The notes beneath the pieces were generated by a model, which had not been told where the DNA came from, did no database searches, and worked only from the letters and a program-made list of their open reading frames with translations. DNA of 63,206 nucleotides, filler included, from Octopus bimaculoides (Eukaryota), in NCBI RefSeq assembly GCF_001194135.2. It is 7 parts of 5 records of this genome, joined end to end, with 100 filler letters (N's around TTAATTAATTAA, not from the genome) between each part and the next. Parts side by side here need not be neighbours in the genome. Positions count along the whole stretch, not along the records: positions 29,885 to 50,351 come from NC_068983.1; positions 50,452 to 55,907 come from NC_068982.1; 5 more parts are not named here. The stretch is one strand, 5' to 3'. The translations under genes and the position numbers were made by a program. The stretch's first letter is position 1. Each line of letters begins with the position of its first letter. Positions 38,175 through 51,008 of the stretch are shown one piece after another.

Positions 38175-38580
38175 TATAAAGGGTAAACTGAAAAGTTCAT
38201 AGGCTGACCAAGATATTCTCATGGAATGACCATATGAGGTTTATTTTTCAACACTGTCTCCCTTATGGTCCACACAATTCCTTCCATCTTTGGAGTACTT
38301 GGATCCCACTGATGAAGAAGCTTTCATCCTGTTGGTAAAAAAAAGTCATCAACAGAAGGTATGAAATTATCATCACTGCAACAATGGTTCCCAGCAAAGT
38401 GTCTTTTTTTATGTTGAGGAACAGATGATAGCCAGATGGGACAAATCAAGAGAATAAGGAGGATGATCAACCAGTTCAAAGCCACAGCATCCATTGAAAC
38501 CAAGGGTTTTTTTGTGTGCTGGAGGATTGTCCTGATGAAACAAGAGCCCTTTCATCAGTTTTCCTAGGCATTTGGTTTTG
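38175..38580 (-). mobile_element. Mariner 3' half with TIR
   Basis: Minus strand LLFHQDNPPAH...GFELVDHPPYSLDL...SVDDFFYQQDESFFISGIQ. TIR-like ta|taaagggtaaactgaaaagttc at ~38175. Confidence 0.8.
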
Positions 38581-39597
38581 ATAGCCTATCATAAATGCCC
38601 TTCCTGCCATCAACCCTCACGTGTTTCTGATCAAAAGACAGACAAGTCGATAGAAGGAGGGACAGATAGACAGGTAAATAAAGAGATATTAGCAACATAC
38701 TAAACAAGGTGAAGTTGAGCAAATATACTTGATAAGCTAGTTTGATAAATAGTATAGAAAACTGAAATAGATTTAGAGAAAGAGGGGAGGTAACTAGTTC
38801 AGAAAACAATGAAAATAACTTGGCCTTTGGAAGATGTTTTGTCTTCATGTAACTTCTCATAATAAAGGCTTCTTAGTATTTGAATTAAAAAAATGAGTAA
38901 TGGTACTTTAATTCTACCATTAATGCACCACAAAACAAAAAAACAAATAAAAATAATCTCATAATTTTGTACAATGATTTATTTAGAAGGCTATGAATAT
39001 TGAGGAAAAAGTATAAATGATATATTTGATCATAATACTTGACTAGTGTTCATTATATTTTCCACCAAAGGATGAAAGGGAAAATAGGCATTCATAGTAC
39101 TATCTTGGAATATAGAAGGGTTTAAATATCACAATCCATTTAATTTGTCACTAATAAGGTATAATTCTAATTTTGGTAATAGAAATTTATTAAAATTACA
39201 ATAAACTCCAAGTGGGTAATTATACATACATGCACCAAATTTTCCATTAGAATTGAATAGCCTTTAATGATAGTAATAAATAATATCACCTCTCTATCTA
39301 GTAAGCTAGCTATCTCTGTATCAATCCTAGCTTATATACATTAATGGTATATAACTCTTAATTTCTATCAGAGATATCATGAAGTGTCTCTCTGTTGATT
39401 TATCTGTCATATAAGTAATAATGGTAAATAACTTTAAATTTCTGTCAGAGGTATAATGAAGGATTGCTCTATGGACCTATCTATCATCATATTAACAGTA
39501 ATGGTAAATGTTTTAAATTCTGTCAAGGATAACATGAAAGAAGTGTGCAACATGCACAAGCAATCTCAATTCATGCTAAATGGTTAATGACCCTTAC

Positions 39598-39638
39598 TTT
39601 CGTCAGCTCTTGTAGATTCTCATGTCTTCTTGCATGTC
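39598..39638 (-). other. Candidate 41-nt internal exon (HARRHENLQELTK) of an unidentified host gene
   Basis: Acceptor tgattttgctctcatgtgtccttcataatattctag and donor aaa|gtaagg. One frame is open. It keeps a CpG inside a CpG-poor block. Confidence 0.35.
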
Positions 39639-41076
39639 CTAGAATATTATGAAGGACACATGAGAGCAAAATCAGTATATTTTACATCTCATCCCCACCT
39701 AAGCAGTTCCCTACCACCACCAGAACTATTTCCATTCGTCATAATCCCTGCTAATGCTATTTCAGCCAATCACCTTCTGTCTGTGTCTCCAGCCACTGTT
39801 TTCTCTCTCCACCCTTCCTGCTATACTCCATTCTTATCTGCTATCATTCTCAGTGCCCTCCCATATCTACCATCATGATCCACCTACTATAGCCTCTCAT
39901 GTATCCCTATCTCTCTCTCTTCACTGCTCCTACACCTTGCAGATTATTCTACAACTTTCACTCATACATTTCCCACCTTACCTCTCTACATATCAGTATT
40001 CCCAATCACCTGCACATCCACCATTGTTCATCACTCACAGCATTAACCTCTACCTCCATCTGTTTACTCCTCCCTCATACACTTATAAAAGCATCCACTT
40101 TCTCATCCCCTTCTATGACCAACCACCCATGTCCTCTTATGTTCACCTTCTTGTTCCTTGAGAGTTTGTTCTAGTACCCCAACACAACCGTCGTCTTATC
40201 TTCTCTATAGTAAGACACCTGTGCTTGTCCCTCTATCATACTTCAGCCTTTCAATACTTGGCATGCAGCCACCCACCTCTATTTTCCCTCCTCCCTAATA
40301 AGTTCCTCTTAGTGGTAGGAGCTTTTTCCTTTTCATTTTTCTCTTCTTATCTGTCTTGTAAATTACATGGTAACCTCACTAGTGTTGGTAGCACAAAAAA
40401 ATTACCCAGTACACTCTGTGAAGTAGTTGGCTTTAGGAAGTGCATCCAGCTATAGAAACCACGCCAATGATGACATTGAAACTCGACACAGCCCTGAAGC
40501 TTGCTGGTTCTCTGTCAAACTGTCCTACTCATGTCCATGTGGAAAGTGGACATTAAATGATGATGATGAAATACTGTTATGCTAGTGCAAATATTTTATC
40601 ACAAGAATTTCAAAATTAAGATAGCTTTTTTTTTTCCTGCTCCCCACATTTTCAAAGATCTGCTATCTTGGAAAAATATAAGAGAGAGGAGAAGTTTTTA
40701 AAATCATTTCTGAGAGATAAAATTCAGATAATTCAAAAGTGAAAATGTTTATTACCAGAAAATTAAAAATAAATAAACGAATAAAAGATATTACATCAAT
40801 ATAGTGAACAAATGTACGGAAAGAGAGGTGAGAGGGAGAAATATAAAGAGAGTTAAAAGTTAAAGGCCAAAATAGATTTTTTATGTTCTTGGCATCCAGT
40901 CAAGAGAGAATAGACAATATGAAAAATATTCTATATTTCATTTGAACAGGAGAATATAAAACTTAATCGTTGTAATATGTGTTAGTTAACAATTAAATGT
41001 GTATCAAATCAAGAAAAGCTGTCATCTATGCTCAAGTGCATGCAAAACAGAGATGGAGGGAGGTGGGTGAAATTAC

Positions 41077-41107
41077 ATTTTTGTGTCTGGTGTAAGACAT
41101 TTTTCAA
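41077..41107 (-). other. Candidate 31-nt internal exon, unidentified
   Basis: Acceptor aaatagttttctttgtag and donor aat|gtaatt. Confidence 0.22.
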
Positions 41108-41278
41108 CTACAAAGAAAACTATTTTAATTACAAACCTATCCCTTATGGGAAACAAAAATATTTGTGAGGGCCCAAAACTAAATCTCCTCCAAAAAGTAA
41201 GCTAGTGAAAAACTCATTTACTTGAACAATACATCAATACTGAGAGTGCAATTTATATCCTGCCTGAGTGTGTGCTTG

Positions 41279-41861
41279 TCTCTCTCTATATAAAATTCTT
41301 TGTCTATTTGTCTGTCTGTTCACTATGCATTCTCAAACAAGGTAATAGTATTAGACTCCACAAGTGTCAACATGGAATTTTTATTTTCATTTAGATTAAA
41401 AATAATACAACATATCTAAAATAATCTTTCTATAGTCAATTATAGTAAAGGACATTTTATACCACGACAACAATGACATCACATTTTGTATATGAGTGTG
41501 TATGTGTTTGCATATTAATTATGAACAAGGACATTTTATACTCCCACCACCACAACACATTTAAAATATGAGTGTTTATGTGTCTGTGAGTGGACGTGTG
41601 CTTGCACCTTCCTTATGTACAAGATAGTAAAAGATATTTTATACCACCACCATGACACATTTTGTATATGAGTATGTATGTGTCCATGTGTTTGTGCATT
41701 CAATACGTACGAGATAGTAAAGGACATTTTATACCACCACGATGATGACGACAACACATTTTGTATGAGTATGTATGTGTCTGTGAGTGTGTGCTTGTGT
41801 ATTCATTACATAAATTTATGTCTGTGTGTGTCTGCCTTAGTGAGTGAGTGAGTGAGTGAGT

Positions 41862-41906
<45 letters not shown>

Positions 41907-42709
41907 TGTGTGTGTAATTGTCAATTACACTGATGTAAACTGGCTGTATGAAAAAAGCTATACTGGCTCCAACTAAGGAAATGGTTGATAGACTCAATCA
42001 TGAACTTCTTCAAAAGTTAACAGATACGTCAGAAATGACTTTTCCATTAATTAACACAACAGTCAATCAAGATCAAAGTGTTTAATATCCAGTTGAATTT
42101 CTGAACACACTCACACCCACTGGCATGCCACCACATAACTTGACACTAAAGCTGGATGCTCCCATTATGTTGCTTAGGCATCTTGACACACTCCACCTGT
42201 GTAATGGAACTCACTTAATTGTTACTTCCATGAAGCCCCATGTCCTACAGGTAACAATCATAACAGGGAGTCACAATGAAGAAAATGTCTTTATTCCAAA
42301 ATTTCCTCTCCATACCTACAGATGTTCCATTTGAATTTTTTAAGACACTTCAGTTTCCAGTCAAACTAAGTTTCGGTATTTCAATTAACAAATCTCAGAG
42401 TCAATCCTTCAAGGTAGTTGGACTTCATCTCCCTACTACATGCTTCTCCCATGCTTCTCTATGATGGTTGCTCACGAGTTGGAAGCAGTAACAATTTATT
42501 CATTTGGACACCAACAAAACATTACACAATGAATATTGTTTACCCTGAGGTACTTCAAGATTGAAAGATTTTCAGTTCTAAATCCTGTTATCATTACAAT
42601 TTGGATATTTTAAAATAATTATGAGAAAAAAATATATCTTCATATTTATTGTTTATTAATCTGAATAAGAACAGCAGTAATCCGGGCAACGCCAGGAAAT
42701 TCAGCTAGT
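41279..42709 (+). mobile_element. Internally deleted Helitron keeping the 3' part of the PIF1-like helicase
   Basis: 5' tc...tatataaaattc end. [34 protein letters not shown]...LCNGT; LQFPVKLSFGISINKSQSQS. 3' hairpin ccgggcaacgccagg 42682-42696, then CTAG|T at 42705-42709. Internal ~80-90-bp minisatellite at 41440-41800. Confidence 0.88.
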
Positions 42710-44674
42710 CTGTTCATAAATATATGAGATGAAAATTTCTAAGAAAGAGGATGCAAAAGAAAATGTTCTATAATGATAAAACATATTCAAAAATTAAATG
42801 TTCAATAGGTTTCATAGCCAAATTATATGACAAAAGTGATGTCAGTGAATTTGGTTGATGGAAACTGAAAGAGGCCCATTCTGTGTGTGTGTGTTTTTTC
42901 TGCCCACCATCACCATTTGACAACCAGTCTTGATTTGTTTACATCAAGGTAACTTAGCAGTTCTGCAAAAGAAGCCAAAAGAATAAGTACCATGCTTAAA
43001 ATGGGGTCAATTTGTTCAACTAAATCCTTCAAGAAATAAGATGAAGATTCAAATGTTCATTCAGTTTCATATCAATAAGAAACAAAGATTTTAAAGAATA
43101 AGAAAAAAACTTTACAAGCTCTGCTGTGTTGAGTGAGGCAAAGACATTGGTTTATGTCCTGACTGGCTACTTAAATACATCACTTGTTTTGTTCACATGA
43201 GGCCTAACATTTTGGTTGGCCAACTACCTAGGAACACCATTTATTCATTATACATTCTAATCACTTGCCAGATTGACAGTAGTCCAGAATTCTGGTTGAT
43301 TGACTACTTGGGAACATCATTTGTTTATCATCCATTATAGTCACTTGTTTTTGTCTGATGGTATTCCTGTTGGCTAACTCCCTAAAGATGTCACTGTAGA
43401 AAAAATGTAATTACGAAGTGGTTTGAAGTTAGGGTTTCTTTCTATTCCTGAGTAAACCTGTTACCTCAACTTTTGATTTGCTTTCTTTATATTTGTTGCT
43501 TCTAGTTGTTTAGTTGAGTTGAATGCACTGTTTTCTCATTCTATTATTTTGTTATAGGGTATTTAATTTTGGTTTATCTTTCTTAACCCCTTGCAGATGG
43601 ATTTAGTACTGAGAAGTCTTCGCTATGTACCAGTATTAGGCCATTCAGTAACTAAATAATTTTTCCTTCATTTTGAAATTTTGTTGTGTTGGAGTGAATT
43701 TTAGAATCTGCATTTGTTGAGTTGACAGGCTTTTGTGTGATTGATTTATTACCTTTGGAATTTTATAATTGGTTTGTCCATTGAATATCTTGAATTCTAT
43801 CCACAGTGTCAAAAGTAAAAATGATTCCTGTATTGGTTAACTATGTTGTTATTTGGCCTTCTGTAAAAACTTCGTCTATTATAGGTTCATGGTTGTGGTC
43901 AGTCTTGTTTGAAGTTGTCATTATATTTATAATTTCTAGTGTGCTGTTATGACAGGCATTCCTGATTTGGAGTGCTGCTACATCGAGATAAAGAGATTTT
44001 TGTTTTTTCCAATGAAGTTATATTTTTGCCGGAATATTAAGTGATTTATATTGCAGTCTCTATATCCATGATGAAGTCTACTATGTTTTGAGGAAAGCAG
44101 GGTTTTTTTTTTTTTTACTCCTGATAGGTATGTTGTGGAGTTTAAATGCCCCAGAATTAATGTTATTTGTTTCTGTATTGTTAATGTTATTTGTTTCTGT
44201 ATTGTTGATAATTTTCTCTATGAATGGGTTTTCAGAATCACAGTGTTTTTTAAATTCTGTTTCACAGTGACTGAACCAGTCATTATTTTTGCCCCTCCTC
44301 AAAATGAAGTCAGTTTTACTTTCACAATTTTGTTTCCAGTGTTGGGCAGTATTTGTAAATAGTTGTCTTTCATTCTGGAATTATCTGGGACCATCTTTTC
44401 CATAAATTTTCAGTAGATTTTTATTTGTACATTCTCTTACTTTTAAATTTTTATTTATCTTTTTATACATATTCACACACACAAACAAACATACGTATGC
44501 ATATATGTACACAGATACACATATATACTTTCCAACATGATTGTTAAAAGCCTGTATTTAATTTATTGAGTTGATTTATAACATGGAAAAAAATATGATT
44601 TTCCATACATAAATTTTTCTGTGTATTGTGGTGTAAAAAATTTTTTATTGTCTTTTTATTGTCTTGTGACAAGC

Positions 44675-47500
44675 ATGGAGATGGATTTAACATCCAAAGT
44701 GGAATTCCCAGGAGTGGGAGAGGATAACCAAGTTCAAAGTGAACAAAGGAAACCAAGTTTCTCCAAGGCAGTGAGCGGAGACTCAACAGAAGTAGAAGTA
44801 ACGTTGGACATGCTGTTTAAGCATAGAAAACTGATACAGAAAGTGGGCGAAGAAACAAAATTAATTCCACCCCCCAGAAATGCTAAACGAAATAAGAGAA
44901 AAAATAGTTGTATATAAAGTATACAACATAAAAGAAAAATGGGTAGCAGAAGTCAAGACAGATATTGTGGAGAGATGTTTATCTCCAATTTGGCAGAAAG
45001 TTCGCTACATTAGTCAAGGCACAAGAAATGCAACTGTTGAAGTTCATTTCGACTCAGCTAATGTAGCAAAGGAGGTTTAAACGCAAACCTTAAAAAATTA
45101 ATCTATTATGCTAGAATAACAGTGGAAGACAAACCGGCCGGGTTTGATGTAATGTGGGTGACAGCAGTGGTATTTTTCGACGCTGAGCAGAAATTGAATA
45201 TACTGAGTATGAAGAAGAAGGAGGTGATCAACTGGAAGGGGCAGATGCTAGAAATAGTTGTACAAGGAGAAAATAGTGTTCTCGAAAGTCTACCCGATAG
45301 AGTGTTTGTGGGAGAGGGGCACACCATTCGCGTGTCAGTAGAAGGACGTTGACCCATATATTTCAAATGTAGACAAAAGGGTCACATCCTGTTCTAAAAA
45401 GAAGTTAAACAGCAACACGAGTGACGCCCCTCCTTCGAAAGCAAACAAAGAAATGAAAAGGACAAATGCAGAGAAGGAGAAAAAAAGGACTGAGGAGGAA
45501 AAGAAAACCAACCAGAAACAGCAAGAAGTACAAAAAGGAATAACAGAAGAAAAAATAAACCAAGAGACGAGTGCAACGGAGAAAAGCGAACCTGCAGAAA
45601 CGGGATTTGTAGCAGTTATGCATAAACGGAAAAAAAAAATACACCTGATTCCCCTCCCCAAATAAAAAAGAAGACAAACACACAGACACAAGAAGAAAAA
45701 AATCGCCCAATACAACGTTTATTTGAAAGGAATGTATCAAACCAATAAACGCACTTGCAAGGAAAAAGTTTTAAAAAAACAGACAAAGTTGTTGCGGTTA
45801 ACTGTAATAATGAGAAGATAGTGACATTCTTCCAAAAAAGTGGATATATAGAAACATTCAAGTGCGACAAGGACCAGTACCGCTACGCGAAAATAGGCAA
45901 AGAGCACTGGGATAATAGACTAGTGCAAGAGAACATTAAAAACAATATAATAATAGATGTGACAACATACTATTGGGAGAATAAATTGCCAATCAGCCCA
46001 GCAGCCACCCTGGCCCAGAGCCTGACGACAACTCCCACAAAGAGCCCAGAGGAGACGGAAAACATGAGTGGAGCAGGCAAACATAAACTGCCATGCTCCC
46101 TCTTGCAACCGTAAGTGGTCTGTTCGTCAAGGGTGTAGCTTGTCTCCGATTTTGTATATATTGGTCCTGGAGCCATTGCTGCAGAGGCTGGAGAGGGTAG
46201 GTGACAACCCTGATGAGATTGGATGTGGTAGGTTCACTTCTGTGTATGCGGACAATGTCATCCTCAGTGTAGAAGATGGTCCTGTTGAGTTGCTTGGAGT
46301 CTGGTTCGGTTCAGACTCCCAGACAGAGAAGAATTGGAGCGAGGTGCTGAACAAGGCGGAGGCCATAGTACGGAAGGTCTCTGTCCTTGAAGGTGGTTAT
46401 AGCATTTGTAATCACCTACCGCCTGTCCGTTGTGCCTTGCCCCGATTCTTGGCTAAGCAAGCTGGAAAGACACCTATTCCGCTTTTTGTGGAAGGGAGGA
46501 AAACCACTCATGAGGCGCTCCGTGTGCTGCCAGGAACCGCTAAAGGGTGGTCTGGGGATGCCCTGGCTAATGATGCGCAGACATGCGTTGAGGCTGAGAC
46601 ATCTCTGGTGCCACCTGGAGGGTGATAAGGCGTGGAGTCCACTGGCGGAGATGTTCTTGCCATGACCGGCCTCGCTGGAACGTTTCAAACCCAGTCTCAT
46701 TAAAAGGCATAATCTGACTTCATGGCAGATGGAGTGCCGTCAGTCACTCTGGCTAATCCACAAGATGGGCAAGGCTGGCTGTGGGAATACCACCTCAGTA
46801 TTCTATAGAGGGTTGGTGGCAGGAAAAAAATGACAACGTCTTAAGAAGTGCTCTGGGGTTCAATGAGAACCAACTGACTGACCTGTTCCGAAAAACTTTC
46901 AGGCTGGAGTATTTGGATAACTTCCAAAAATCCCTGGCTTGGCAGTGTTACAGGAACACTTTACCTGTTCGCGATAAGTTAACAAGGCACGGTATGGCAC
47001 TGCCACCGACATGTCCAAGATGTGAGCTGGACAGTGAAACTGTCCGGCACGTCTTTGTCCATTGTCGGAAGCTTTTGGGCTTGATGATTTACGTCGAACA
47101 TGTGTTGTCACATCTGGGACGAGTACAGCTGTCGGCTGGATCTGTAATAAAGATGATACAGCCAACTGCACTCTCGAATGAAGGTGAGGTTTATTTTCTC
47201 TGTACGGTAGCAGTGTTGAAAGAGCGCATATGGAGGACAAGAATGGAAGGTTTTGTGACAGGGTCCTGTATATCTGGCCCCGGTTTGCTGGTCTACTTCA
47301 GATATCATCTGAAAAGCTAGATGGGGCTAAGAAGACACTGTCAGCTAGAGTATATGAGCAAAGATGGAAGGAGGTGATGAAAAAGGTGGGTGCTAGTTGC
47401 CCGAATTAACCATTGAAGAAATAAAAAGTGATCAGCTGGGCCTTATAAGCTGCTCGGTTGGAGAATGTAATTTCTGTATTATTTTAGAAATAAGAACAAA
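44675..47500 (+). mobile_element. L1/Tx1-clade LINE: disrupted ORF1 joined to the 3' half of ORF2
   Basis: ORF1 with zinc knuckle start CFKCRQKGH (~45357). RT motifs VRQGCSLSPILY and YADNV. GGLGMP. zf-RVT TCPRCELDSETVRHVFVHC. ORF2 stop at 47320. No endonuclease domain or N-terminal RT is visible. Confidence 0.9.
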
Positions 47501-47574
47501 AAATGGATCTGTTTTAGTTCTCAATTTTTTTGCAAGTTCACATTTATTTTAATTTATGAAACTGTGTTGTTGTT

Positions 47575-48660
47575 GTTTCCTTATCTCTGGTTCTGAATGT
47601 TCTCAGGATCCATCCAGCCAGTCGTCTGCACTTTGTCTCCATCTTGGTAATGTGCACTTGGAAAGAGGTATCATCACTCATGTCGATACCCAGGTCTCTC
47701 ACTGATGTAGGCTCTGGGACTGAAATTCCCTGCAGACCAGTGTACTCTGTAAGTTTCATATTCAGTTTAGGACGTTGGTAGTGCAGGGCTTGGAATTTTT
47801 CAGCATTAAACTGCATATTATTATCCTCAGCCCATCTGTAAATTGAGTCCAACTCCTGCTGCAGATGTGCAACATCACTGGAGTTCTGTATTTTCTGCGA
47901 GACTTTCGTATCGTCTGCGCAGCTTGTAAGGGTGGCTATTCGGGCACTTGAGGGCATATCTGAGAGGGCGACTATAAAAAGCAATGGTCCCAAGACAGTG
48001 CCCTGTGGAACACTGCTCACTATTTGTGTTTTCATAGAGGTGGCTCCATTAGCCACTACTGCCTGACTTCTATCTTTCAGAAAGTCATGTAACCACTCTC
48101 CAAGTTTTCCAGCTATGCCAAGATCACGCAGTTTGTGGCATATCACACCATGATCCACTTTGTCAAAAGCTTTTGCAAAATCAAGGTATATTACGTCCAC
48201 ATTTGAGTTGTTGAGTAACTGCCTCAACACCCAGTCGTAATGTTGTAAGAGCTGGGTCAGGCAGCTCCTACCTGGTCGAAAGCCATGTTGGGTATCACTC
48301 AGCAATTTATTTTCTTCAAGGAATGCGATTAGTTTTCCTCTGACTATTCTTTCCATGACTTTGCTCATGTGTGAAGTCAGAGAGATAGGCCTATAGTTTT
48401 TGGCATCTGCTCTGCTTCCCCCTTTATGGATTGGGCATATTATTCCCTCCTTCAGCTTGCTTGGCAGTCTTCCGTTTGCGAGAAAGCTCTGGAAGAGGAT
48501 CTGGAGGGGTTTTGCCAACGCATGCTTATATGATTTAAGGAGGATTGCTGGGAAACTATCAGGGCCAGCAGTTGAGTTTGTGTCCACTTCATGTATAGCT
48601 AGTAGTACATCTTCTTCGCTAATGTTGATGTATTCCATCTTAGCTGTTGTTTCTAGCAAC
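47575..48660 (-). mobile_element. CR1-type LINE reverse transcriptase internal fragment with long open frame
   Basis: AGPDSFPAILLK, NYRPISLTSHMSKVMERIV, QHGFRPGRSCLTQLL, IYLDFAKAFDKVDH, VPQGTVLGPLLF, CADDTK, VRDLGI. Confidence 0.95.
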
Positions 48661-48679
48661 TTTTATATTTCTTCTCTTC

Positions 48680-50302
48680 TACCTGGAACAGCGTTCTTAC
48701 ACACGCGCTCAACAGCGAGAGAAAGTGATACATACAACGTCATAGATTAAACTTTCTCCTCAGTATTCTTTACCTATTTTTCATAACATTGATACGTAAA
48801 AACACACACAACCACACATACGTAATCTGTGACAACAACATACACATTGCTCCAGTTCTCCCCCCTCTTCCTCTCTCGCTCTCTCAAACGTATACACGTG
48901 CACGTAAACACAATCATTCATGTTCGTCAATGTGGCATAACTACAGAGTTGTACCTACCGACTTTGGAAGGTCATAACATTCATAAAAATTAATATTGTT
49001 TTATGAAATTTTCTATGCATATATTATTTATGTAGATTCCGAATATACAAAAGTTTTCGGTGAAAGTGTTTTGGGATGGAGTGGGGGCCAATTTTTGGAA
49101 ATTCCACTTAAATTCCTCTTAACTTTCAGGAAAATGAATATTTTTTCGTGAAATTTTCTACAAATATACCTTGATGTATGTACATTTCAAGCCTGTAGGA
49201 ATTTTGAAGGAAACAACTGCTGGTTATTTTTGAGAAGTGTTCCCCACTCGGTGCTGTTTCAGAGCAAGTCCATATTTGTTTCATTTTTCTCTATTATGTG
49301 CGTAAGTGCATCCATAGATTTCTAATGAAGCAATAGGCAGTGAAGAGAAGCCGTCATAAGAAAACTTTTAACTACCTCTATTCCTTTCTCCCCCTTTCTC
49401 TACCTCTTCCTCTCTCGCTCTCTCAAACGCATACACGTGCAAGTACACAATCATTCAGTAAAATATAACTCATGTTCGTCAATGTTTTGTAAATATACCA
49501 CGATTTTCACTAGGGTGTTAGGGTTCAGGTTTTAGGGTCAGGGCTAGGGTTTAGGGTTACAGTTACGGTGTCAGGGTTAGGGTTACGGTTAGGGATAGGA
49601 TTAGTGTTACGGTTACAGTTTGAGGGTCAGGGTTAGGGTTTAGAGTTAATGTTAGGGTTAGTGTTAGGATTAGGGTTAGGATTAGGGTTGGGTAATCGTG
49701 CGGCTGTTAATCTGAAAAATTACAGATATGTGAAAAGTACCGACCCTGCCATCTATTATAACTTTTGTTGTTCTGTTTAATATATACATAGATTATGCCT
49801 CCAAAGAAGAGAGTTTGCTGGGGAAAGAAAGCAACCGGTTTAAAATGACATCAACAGACTGCAGCAATTCACAACATTCCAGAAGCTACTTTGAGCATAA
49901 TGCAAAATGGTTCATCAACATCTTCTGCCCAATCTGATAGAATTCTGGCAAAACTGTGTAGCAACAGATCGCCACCAATTGCTTCATCACAAATTGCTGT
50001 CCTAGCTCCTGCGAAAAGGGATTACCCTGCTATGTATAATCAACGCAGCACAAAAAGTTGTTTTGCACAAGCATTTCTATAGCCAATTAGACGGATGAAA
50101 TTTACGTACGCCTAATAATGTTACGCAAAACAGCCTTCAAACTTTTCCTATTAATTTGATTGTCTTTTGAATTCTGAACATATTTACATCATAAGGGTTT
50201 TTTCGTTGTAAGGCTTTCTTTTTTAGTTGATTTTCACCTAGCAAGACTTATCGTAGATGGCGTAATAAGTCACACCCGGACAAGGTCGGGTTATACTGCT
50301 AG
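48680..50302 (+). mobile_element. Non-autonomous Helitron-like element (5' boundary uncertain)
   Basis: 3' hairpin acccggacaaggtcgggt 50274-50291, then CTAG|T at 50299-50303. Internal direct repeat at ~48865 and ~49405. MPPKKR-starting remnant at 49795. Confidence 0.6.
49510..49693 (+). repeat. Degenerate (TTAGGG)n-like array
   Basis: About 30 hexamers of ttaggg/tcaggg/ttacgg/ttagga type. Confidence 0.85.
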
Positions 50303-51008
50303 TATATATCTGTGTGTGTGTGTGTATACACACATATATATGTGTGTGTGTNNNNNNNNNNNNNNNNNNNNNNNNNNNNNNNNNNNNNNNNNNNNTTAAT
50401 TAATTAANNNNNNNNNNNNNNNNNNNNNNNNNNNNNNNNNNNNNNNNNNNNAATAAGTGAGGTCAATTTGGGAAGCAAAGGTTCTACCAGGATGGTCGGT
50501 TGCCTTCCTTTTAGCTACCTCATTGCGAAGCGCAATGATTTCTTGTGTAATATTTTAAAATTAATTTTTAAATCAATCTCAATCATATTTTAATCTATTC
50601 GTAACTTGTAAAATTAAAAAAAAAAAACGTTTAAGCTTCTTCCCCCTTATGTTTGTCTGTCCTTGTTTGTCCCCTCTCTGTAACGCCTCCAATGGCGAAT
50701 TTTAATGAAATAAAGAAGCTTGGTTCCCAACCACATGGCATTGACCATTGTATTCAATTCTTTTCTATATCCGAAGTATATTAAAGCTAGATCGTTTAAT
50801 GTGTAGTTAGTCCTAAGTATTCTGTGTTAAGAACATGTCTTCCTAGTTTTATGTGCTTCGAGTTGGTCGTTATATATTTCTGCTTATTTTCATCGCAGTA
50901 ACATTGAACACCTGATGATCTACCACAGCTAATTGAGAAGATCTACGATAAATGTGGACGGGGTACGTTAAGTTGACAGCAAACTATCTTTCTAGAGTAT
51001 TGCTAATC

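Noticed and set aside
43400-44420. Possible old L1-like ORF2 remnant on the minus strand
   Set aside because: The composition is suggestive, but I could not read a diagnostic RT motif.
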